Below are positions 25,762 through 32,000 of a stretch of DNA of 32,000 nucleotides, in pieces. The translations under genes and the position numbers were made by a program. The stretch comes from Patescibacteria group bacterium (GTDB lineage Bacteria; Patescibacteriota; Patescibacteriia; UBA2591; UBA6264): assembly GCA_028713575.1 (NCBI GenBank), contig JAQTOB010000001.1, forward strand, positions 60,001 through 92,000, read 5' to 3'. Under the pieces are notes generated by a model. The model was not told the DNA's origin. It did not search any database and was given only the letters and a program-made list of their open reading frames with translations. Every line of letters starts with the position of its first letter. Within the stretch, counting starts at the first letter, position 1.

Positions 25762-26943
25762 TTAAGAATTCATTGTAAATAAATTTTTATAAACATTTAA
25801 TGTTTCCCTGGCGCATTTATCCCAAGAAAAATCTTTGGCTCTCTTGCTCCCCTTTTCTTTCAATTTTTTATTCAAATTTTTGTTAGTCAAAATATCATTT
25901 ATGGCTTGGGCTATTTGCGCTACATTATAAGGGTCAACCAAAAAAGCGGCTTTCTGGGAAATTTCCGGCAAAGAAGAAACATTACTGGTAATTACGGGAA
26001 TTCTTTTCGCCATGGCTTCAATAATCGGCAGACCAAATCCTTCATAAAGAGAAGGGAAAATGAACGCCGTGGCGCCGCTAAAAAGACGGCCCAAATCATT
26101 TGAGGGAATATAGCCGGGGACAATAATGTCTTTTTTGTATTTTGATTTTTTAATTCTTTTTCTTATATTTTCCGACTCTTGTCCTTTCCCTCCCGCCAAA
26201 ACCAACTGATAGGCAGATAAATCTTTTTTTAATGCGACCCCCCGCACTAATCCGTTTCGCCAGCGCTCATAAGCGCCGATTAATCTAATAATATTTTTTC
26301 TTTTTTCAAATGTCCCCAAAAAAAGTAAATAATTATCGCCAATTTTATACTTCTTTTTTATTTTATTTATTTCTATTGATTTCCTTTTTTTAAAAAAACG
26401 TTGGTCCAGTCCATGATAGATCACTTTTATTTTTTGTTTGTCCAAATGAAAAATTTCTTCTAAATCCTTGGCTGTTGCCTTAGAAACGGCAATTATTCTG
26501 TCCGTTTTTTTAAGAACATCAGGAATCGTTTTGCCGAAAATTTTTGACTCCTGTCCATTGAATAACTCTGGGAGCTTATATCCGAACAAATCGTGAACCG
26601 TCACCACGCTTGACCCCTTGTAAAAAAGGGGCAAGGAAGGTGTTGGCGAATGGAAAACATCTAATTTTTCTCTCGCTAAAGCGGCATTAATTAAAAAATA
26701 AGTGTAATCATTCGGTAATAGTTTTTTATATTGCTTAAAGGGAAAAAATTTAATTAAAACATTTTTTTGCCTGAATTTGTCAAGCCTTTTTCTTTGAACC
26801 GAACGATCAAAAAATAAAAAATAAGTGTTTTTTTTGTCTATTTTTAATAAGTGCCTAACTAATTGATATGTATAATGACCAAGCCCCGCTCCTTCACCCT
26901 TTTCTGGATTTAAAATTGTTCGGCAATCAATTCCAATTCTCAT
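25762..26943 (-). CDS. Glycosyltransferase family 4 (GT-B)
   Basis: 393 aa. EGFGLPIIEAMAKRIPVITS motif. Paralogous in layout to the GT at 15174-16292 (MRIGID... N-terminus, ...FSWDKCA... C-terminus in both). Confidence 0.85.
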   Translation of the reverse strand: MRIGIDCRTILNPEKGEGAGLGHYTYQLVRHLLKIDKKNTYFLFFDRSVQRKRLDKFRQKNVLIKFFPFKQYKKLLPNDYTYFLINAALAREKLDVFHSPTPSLPLFYKGSSVVTVHDLFGYKLPELFNGQESKIFGKTIPDVLKKTDRIIAVSKATAKDLEEIFHLDKQKIKVIYHGLDQRFFKKRKSIEINKIKKKYKIGDNYLLFLGTFEKRKNIIRLIGAYERWRNGLVRGVALKKDLSAYQLVLAGGKGQESENIRKRIKKSKYKKDIIVPGYIPSNDLGRLFSGATAFIFPSLYEGFGLPIIEAMAKRIPVITSNVSSLPEISQKAAFLVDPYNVAQIAQAINDILTNKNLNKKLKEKGSKRAKDFSWDKCARETLNVYKNLFTMNS

Positions 26944-26988
26944 TTTATTTTTATTAATTTAATAACTAGACATTATCATTTTACCATA

Positions 26989-27017
26989 TTTGAAAACAAT
27001 CGCAATAGTGCTACAAT
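26989..27017 (+). promoter_or_regulatory. Putative sigma-70 type promoter for smpB
   Basis: TTGAAA (26989-26994), a 17-nt spacer ending in TGc, then TACAAT (27012-27017). It lies 27 nt upstream of the smpB ATG. The architecture matches the putative rpmF promoter. Confidence 0.5.
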
Positions 27018-27044
27018 ATATAGGATTATTAATTTAATAAAAAA

Positions 27045-27494
27045 ATGAAAGTTGTAGCTAATAACAAAAAAGCTTATTTTGACTACGAAGTTATTCAAAC
27101 CATGGAGGCCGGAATTGTTTTGTCCGGACCAGAGGTTAAATCAATAAAAAACGGCCGAGTGAATCTTGTCGGCAGTTATGTTTATGTTGATAACAATAAT
27201 GTCCCCTTGCTTATTAATGCCCACGTTGACTTTTATCCTCCGGCGGCGCAAATACAAAAAAATTACAACCCCACCCAAACCAGAAAACTCCTTTTACATA
27301 AAAAAGAAATTTCTTCATTAGCCGGCAAACTTAAAATTAAGGGGTTATCTTTAATTCCTTTAAAAATTTACGTTGAACATCAAATTATTAAAGTGCAAAT
27401 CGGTCTGGTTAAAGGGAAAAAAAAGTGGGACAAAAGAGAATCAATAAAAAAACGGGAAATAAAAAGAAAAATTGAACAATCTTTAAAATACTAA
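27045..27494 (+). CDS. smpB: SsrA-binding protein SmpB
   Basis: 149 aa. ...NKKAYFDYEV...EAGIVLSGPEVKSIKNG..., RKLLLHKKEI, and a basic C-terminal tail. Confidence 0.93.
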   Translation: MKVVANNKKAYFDYEVIQTMEAGIVLSGPEVKSIKNGRVNLVGSYVYVDNNNVPLLINAHVDFYPPAAQIQKNYNPTQTRKLLLHKKEISSLAGKLKIKGLSLIPLKIYVEHQIIKVQIGLVKGKKKWDKRESIKKREIKRKIEQSLKY

Positions 27495-27503
27495 CAATAA
27501 TTT

Positions 27504-29243
27504 TTATATAGGCCTTGGGGGTAAAATTTTAATTACTCCTTTTTTCTTTTTTTTGAAAACCGTATGACAGACATCATGAATATTCTTTTCGTTGTTTAAA
27601 AATTCTTGATAAACTTTCTTAATTATCGGATTCTCGTGCGCCAATCTTATTTCTTTTTTTCGGTCAATTTGATACAATCCTTCAGCGCGATTTTTTCTAA
27701 CCATTGCATCAATGGGTAAAGGCTGGCCTCCGCCACCAACACATCCTCCGGGACAAGCCATTACTTCAAGATAATCATAAAAATGGAGATTTTTCTTAAG
27801 TTTCATTAAAATTTTACTTACCTCTCCTGTTCCATTAATAACTGCCACTTTTAAAATTTTTTTACCGATTTTAATTTTTGCTTCTTTTACTCCTTTCATT
27901 CCCCGCACTTGTTTAAATTCTACTTTCATTCTTTTTTTACCTGTTATTATTTTCTGAACCGTTCTTAAGGCAGATTCCATAACTCCACCAGTCGCTCCAT
28001 AAATCACCCCGGCGCCAGAAGGAATACCAAAAGGCATATCTAATTCAACTGGCTTAATTCTTTTAAAATCAATTTTTCTTTTTTTGAATAAATGTATTAA
28101 TTCCCTGGTAGTTAAAACATAATCAACGGGCTTTAAGCCGTTTATTTTGAGCTCGTCTCTGGTAATCTCGTATTTTTTAGCAATACAGGGCATAATGGAA
28201 ACAATGATAATATTTTTTGGGTCTATTTTTTGTTTTTCTGCCCAATAAGTTTTAATCAGTCCTCCTAAAATAATATGAGGAGAACGAACCGTGGTTAAGC
28301 AAGGAATAAATTCGGGAAAATAAAACTCAATAAATTTAACCCAAGCCGGGCAACAAGAAGTAAATATGGGTAATTTTCTTTTCTTCCGCAAAGCTTCAAC
28401 TAATTCATTCGCTTCTTCTATGGTGGTAAAATCCGCGCCTACACTCACGTCAAAAACATTCTTTGCTCCTAATTTTTTTATACCCGCCACTAATTTATTG
28501 GTAACAATATTGCCGACCGGCAAGCCAAACCCTTCGCCAATGCTTGTTCTAATGGAGGGAGCAAATTGTACAACTATTGTTTTACTTTTATCCAAAAATG
28601 GTTTTTCCACATCTTCAAATTCACCCACGCCTTCAAAACTCCCGGCCGGACAATGAACAAGGCATTGTCCGCAATAAATGCAGTCTTTATTTTTATCCCG
28701 ACTGGGAATAATCCTTGTTTCTAAAAATTTTTTTTCTAATTTAAGAAACCCTACGCCCTGATTTTGACAAATTTCCACACAGTTACGGCAATCAATACAT
28801 TTTGCGCTTTCAAAAATAAAAGCCGGCCCGATTTGATATATTGGATAATCTTTTTTTCTATCCGGAAAACGATTTATTTTTATTTTATATTTCTTGGCCA
28901 ACTCTAAAAGTTGACATTGATAAGACCAAACGCAATCGTGACATTCTTCCGCGTGCTGAGCGAAAAGAAGTTCTAAATTAATTTTTCGCGCTCTTTCAAT
29001 TTCCGGAGAATCAGTAATAATTTTCATTTTGGGTTGCGCTTTGAGCGAACAGGCCGTCAATAACTCTTTTTTGTTTTTTTCTTTTACCAAACAAAGCCGG
29101 CAACTTTCCAGTGGTTCCAGGTCCGAATGATAACATAAAGCGGGAATCTCTATCTTATTTTCCTTTGCAATTTCTAAAATTGTCTGGTTAGCCTGTGCCC
29201 AATAATTCTTCCCGTTAATATTTATTTTGAATTTTTTAACCAT
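27504..29243 (-). CDS. hydA: [FeFe]-hydrogenase catalytic subunit (CpI-like M3 architecture)
   Basis: 579 aa. N-terminal 2Fe-2S ferredoxin Cys pattern (ALCYH...SCRLC...TAC), a His-ligated cluster H...C..C.....C, and two 4Fe-4S motifs (CIDCRNCVEIC, CIYCGQCLVHCP). All three H-cluster motifs are intact: TSCCPAW, MPCIAKKYE, EVMACPGGCVGGGGQP. Confidence 0.92.
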   Translation of the reverse strand: MVKKFKININGKNYWAQANQTILEIAKENKIEIPALCYHSDLEPLESCRLCLVKEKNKKELLTACSLKAQPKMKIITDSPEIERARKINLELLFAQHAEECHDCVWSYQCQLLELAKKYKIKINRFPDRKKDYPIYQIGPAFIFESAKCIDCRNCVEICQNQGVGFLKLEKKFLETRIIPSRDKNKDCIYCGQCLVHCPAGSFEGVGEFEDVEKPFLDKSKTIVVQFAPSIRTSIGEGFGLPVGNIVTNKLVAGIKKLGAKNVFDVSVGADFTTIEEANELVEALRKKRKLPIFTSCCPAWVKFIEFYFPEFIPCLTTVRSPHIILGGLIKTYWAEKQKIDPKNIIIVSIMPCIAKKYEITRDELKINGLKPVDYVLTTRELIHLFKKRKIDFKRIKPVELDMPFGIPSGAGVIYGATGGVMESALRTVQKIITGKKRMKVEFKQVRGMKGVKEAKIKIGKKILKVAVINGTGEVSKILMKLKKNLHFYDYLEVMACPGGCVGGGGQPLPIDAMVRKNRAEGLYQIDRKKEIRLAHENPIIKKVYQEFLNNEKNIHDVCHTVFKKKKKGVIKILPPRPI

Positions 29244-30243
29244 TGATAATTTTTTTTATTAAACTTTTAAAAGGCAAACTTATGTTTTTGCCCAATGGGC
29301 AAAAACTTGTTTTTTCAAGAATAAAGACCAAATCATTAAAAATCTTATTATCAAATTTACTTGGAGTTAAAATTTCTTTGAGACGATAGACTCCTTCGCG
29401 ACAACTCATACATTTGTCACAATTCTCTTGACGGAAAAAATCAATCCATTTGTTCATTAAAATAAAAGGGTCTGTTTTATTAAAAGAATAAACAATAATC
29501 CCTCCCAGTCCTCTTGTTTTTTGTTTTAATTCATTTTCTAATAATATCTCCCCCGTTGTCCCTCCGACTTGAACAAAAAATTTAAAGCGGGGCCAATTTC
29601 CAGTCATTTTTAAAATCGTTTCTATGGTCAAATCCTCTGACAATTCATAAACACCAGAATTTTTAATTTCTCCGCCTAATGAATAAAATCTTGTTTTTTT
29701 ATATCTCCCGTCAACAATTTGAGGGACGAAATAAAACGTTTCTATGTTGTTAATTAAGGTTGGTAAATTAAAAAGTCCGTCAGTCGTTGGGTATGGGGGC
29801 TTTTTCCGCGGCTCTAAACTTTTGCCTTCAATTGCCCTGATTAAAACCGTCTCTTCTCCACTGATATATCCGCCGGGTTTTTTGAATAATTTTGTGGAAA
29901 GTTTTCTGCGTTTAATTATTTTTTCTAATAATTGTTTATATTTTTGAAAATAATCTTTCCGCAAATAAATATAAGATTCCTTACTTTTAATAACTTTAAG
30001 GGCAATTTCTATGCCCTTAATAACTTCTTCTGGATAATTTCTTAGAATAAATCCATCTTTAAAAATATTCGGGTCTCCTTCAGCTGCATTACAAATTACA
30101 TATTTTTTTGTTCCGGGGGCGTTTTTAACCATCTCCCATTTTAAACCAGTAAGAAAACCAGAGCCGCTACGACCCCTTAATCCTGATTTTTTTATTTTTT
30201 CAATTATATCCAACATAAATTGTTTTTTGTTTCCGTAATACAT
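29236..30243 (-). CDS. NuoF-like NAD(P)H-binding flavoprotein, probable hydrogenase diaphorase subunit
   Basis: FMN/NADH motifs GLRGRSGSGFLTGLKW, CNAAEGDPNIFKDGFIL and GGYISGEETVLIRAIEG. N3-type 4Fe-4S motif CDKCMSCREG...FCPLG. It overlaps the hydA start by 8 nt (ATGGTTAA). Start is set at the ATG at 30243; the track start at 30279 is a TTG, and the ATG at 30216 is also possible. Confidence 0.82.
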   Translation of the reverse strand: MYYGNKKQFMLDIIEKIKKSGLRGRSGSGFLTGLKWEMVKNAPGTKKYVICNAAEGDPNIFKDGFILRNYPEEVIKGIEIALKVIKSKESYIYLRKDYFQKYKQLLEKIIKRRKLSTKLFKKPGGYISGEETVLIRAIEGKSLEPRKKPPYPTTDGLFNLPTLINNIETFYFVPQIVDGRYKKTRFYSLGGEIKNSGVYELSEDLTIETILKMTGNWPRFKFFVQVGGTTGEILLENELKQKTRGLGGIIVYSFNKTDPFILMNKWIDFFRQENCDKCMSCREGVYRLKEILTPSKFDNKIFNDLVFILEKTSFCPLGKNISLPFKSLIKKIING

Positions 30244-30346
30244 ATTAAAAATAATACAAAAAAAATAGGATAAGGTCAATCTTTCAAAATTTATTTTTTT
30301 ATGTTATAAATAATTATGTTTTATTTTAATTTTTAAGTTTATCAAA

Positions 30347-31132
30347 ATGAATTTTATTTATGAAAACATAAATTATAAAATAGACTCTTCGGGTATTGTC
30401 CCCAGCGGCGGAGATATTGATGAGATTAACAAAACTATTCTTATTGACCGAGGTATTCCTGAAAAATTTCATCAGGGTATTGCTGTTCACGAAATTGAAG
30501 AAAGAAAACTCCTAATGAAAGGGCATAGTTATGTTTATTCCCACAACGAAGCGCAAAAAAAAGAATTAGAATTTTATAAAAAAACCTGTGGCGAGGAAAA
30601 TGCATTAAATCTGCTGGAAGAAGAAGAACTTGTTGTTTTAAGTGTTTGTTCGCGCCGAACTACGCCAAAAAAAAGTAAAATAATTTTAACCGAATCGGAA
30701 AATGCCAATCAATCGCCAATAAAACCGATTATTGAAATAAAAAACATTAAGGAAGCGTTATTTGAAAATAAGCGTTATATTATTGATAATTCGGAAAAAC
30801 TAATTGGCGCCTTGGTTGACGTTTATGAAAAAGGCGGGATTGTTTATATTGACCGAGATGTTCCGGAGAGATTTCATGAAAGTTTGACCCTTAATGAATT
30901 AGTGACGAGAAAAAATTTAAAAAATGGAATGGGCTGGACAATGGCTCACTTAGAAGGAAATAAAACCGAAAAAGAATTTTTAGGCATTAAATATGGTCCA
31001 ATGGATGGACAAAATATATTTAACGATGAAATAAAATTTCAAAACTGGAAATATAGTAATGAAAAAAAAGAACTAAAAGAACAAGGCGGGCATAAAGTTA
31101 TTTATGAAAAAGGGGAAATTCTATCAAAATAA
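30347..31132 (+). CDS. Hypothetical protein made of two homologous ~75-aa halves
   Basis: 261 aa. Residues ~4-78 align with ~138-212: ENxxYxIDxS, IDRxxPExFH, xExxxRKxLxxG, HxE, and a near-matching KE(L)EF / KEF stretch. I recognise no family. Confidence 0.6.
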   Translation: MNFIYENINYKIDSSGIVPSGGDIDEINKTILIDRGIPEKFHQGIAVHEIEERKLLMKGHSYVYSHNEAQKKELEFYKKTCGEENALNLLEEEELVVLSVCSRRTTPKKSKIILTESENANQSPIKPIIEIKNIKEALFENKRYIIDNSEKLIGALVDVYEKGGIVYIDRDVPERFHESLTLNELVTRKNLKNGMGWTMAHLEGNKTEKEFLGIKYGPMDGQNIFNDEIKFQNWKYSNEKKELKEQGGHKVIYEKGEILSK

Positions 31133-31159
31133 AAAATATATTATTAAATATATTTAAAA

Positions 31160-31231
31160 TCGGGGTGCCGGGAATTGAACCCGAATCACAGGACCCCCAG
31201 CCCTGCATAATAGCCTTTATACTACACCCCG
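31160..31231 (-). tRNA. tRNA-Pro (anticodon GGG)
   Basis: The reverse complement reads CGGGGTG-TA-...-CAGGG-CTGGGGG-TCCTG-TGAT-TCGGG-TTCAATT-CCCGG-CACCCCG-A. The acceptor stem is 7 bp with C1:G72 and discriminator A73, typical of bacterial tRNA-Pro. The anticodon loop is C-U-GGG-G-G. The T-loop is TTCAATT. GG is present in the D-loop. No encoded CCA. Confidence 0.85.
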
Positions 31232-31250
31232 CTAAAATTATAAAGACAAA

Positions 31251-31433
31251 CTAAGAAGAATTTTCTCTTTTTTTAAATGTTTTTAAACATTTAGTGCAAA
31301 TTTTTATCCTCTTGCCAGAAATCTGTTTTGTTTGTAAGTTTATATATTGTCTCCTTTTGGTGGCCACATTAGAATGAGATCTGGAAATTTTTGTTTGTGG
31401 ACCACGGCCGCAAATTAAACAACGTTTTGCCAT
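31251..31433 (-). CDS. rpmB: 50S ribosomal protein L28
   Basis: MAKRCLICGRGPQTKISRSHSNVATKRRQYINLQ... matches the L28 N-terminal pattern. Start is set at the ATG at 31433 (60 aa). An upstream in-frame ATG at 31463 would add 10 non-conserved residues. Confidence 0.85.
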   Translation of the reverse strand: MAKRCLICGRGPQTKISRSHSNVATKRRQYINLQTKQISGKRIKICTKCLKTFKKRENSS

Positions 31434-31529
31434 AAAATTTAATTTAATCCCAATAGTATCCATTTAATCGAATCTACGGAATAAACATATTATTAATTAA
31501 TATTAACAGAAAAAAAATATTTAGCAAGT

Positions 31530-32000
31530 ATGAAATTTTTTATTTATATTGTTATTGTTCTTTCCGCGGTTATTCATGAATATGCGCACGGTTGGACCGC
31601 TTATCAACTAGGAGATTCAACCGCCAAAGAAGAGGGTCGCTTAACGCTTAATCCATTGGCGCATATGGATTTATGGGGAACAGTAGTCGTCCCTCTTTTT
31701 CTTTTGTTTACTTCTGGTATTTTTATCGGTTGGGCCAAACCTGTCCCTTATAACCCATATCGACTTCGCGACTTAAAATACGGCTCTTTGAAAGTAGCCC
31801 TATCCGGCCCAATGACTAACCTTTTGTTAGCCGTTGTTTTGGGATTGATTTTAAGGTTTGGGGGAAGAATTTTAACAAACTATAATTATAATTTGCCCTT
31901 TTTCCTCGGTTTTGTGATTTATATTAATATTTTTTTGGCCCTATTTAATCTTCTCCCCTTTTCTCCTTTAGACGGGTCAAAAATATTTGCCGACCTATTC
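31530..32000 (+). CDS. Site-2 protease family (M50) membrane metalloprotease, 5' part (runs off the window end)
   Basis: ATG at 31530, open to the window end (157 codons). MKFFIYIVIVLSAVIHEYAHGW (HExxH inside a TM helix) and later NLLPFSPLDGSK (the second M50 motif). Not in the supplied ORF track because there is no stop in the window. Confidence 0.8.
   Translation, partial: MKFFIYIVIVLSAVIHEYAHGWTAYQLGDSTAKEEGRLTLNPLAHMDLWGTVVVPLFLLFTSGIFIGWAKPVPYNPYRLRDLKYGSLKVALSGPMTNLLLAVVLGLILRFGGRILTNYNYNLPFFLGFVIYINIFLALFNLLPFSPLDGSKIFADLF

Noticed and set aside
31134-31155. A 9-bp inverted repeat AAATATATT/AATATATTT between the orphan gene's stop and the tRNA-Pro 3' end, considered as a bidirectional terminator.
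   Set aside because: The stem is A/T only with negligible predicted stability, and such repeats are common by chance here.

Overview
This is a low-GC, very tightly packed bacterial chromosome segment. All conserved ORFs are intact when TGA is read as stop, so the standard genetic code applies. Gene content and style suggest a Candidate Phyla Radiation / Patescibacteria (Parcubacteria-like) genome: small proteins, 1-50 nt intergenic gaps, archaeal-type ProRS, a PilB-type ATPase, paired GT4 glycosyltransferases and an [FeFe]-hydrogenase. That placement is inference only.

The window is mostly housekeeping. On the minus strand: pilB/gspE, an ATP-cone/nuclease fusion and dnaA. A candidate oriC follows. 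On the plus strand: rpmF, nusB, rnc and a short smc. Then an ~18.5 kb minus-strand gene array: mreB, proS, rseP, frr, a BNR propeller lipoprotein, holB, GT4, a second mreB, an AI-2E permease, an M16 peptidase, glyQS, tgt, recO, two membrane hypotheticals and GT4. The rest is smpB (+), a two-gene [FeFe]-hydrogenase module (-), an orphan duplicated-domain protein (+), tRNA-Pro(GGG) and rpmB (-), and a partial M50 protease (+).

I see no CRISPR array, transposase, integrase, phage block or recognisable defence island. I cannot point to a clear-cut new multi-gene system. The best leads are:
- an ATP-cone + PD-(D/E)xK nuclease coupled to the PilB ATPase beside dnaA;
- a 738-aa SMC that appears to lack a hinge;
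- a paralogous intergenic cassette that starts in the same register after two stop codons;
- a diverged MreB paralog pair;
- a GT4 / small TM protein / multi-beta-sandwich surface-protein operon;
- a HydA + minimal NuoF-like hydrogenase pair;
- an orphan protein built from an internal duplication.

All functional calls come from motif recognition by eye. No database search was run.
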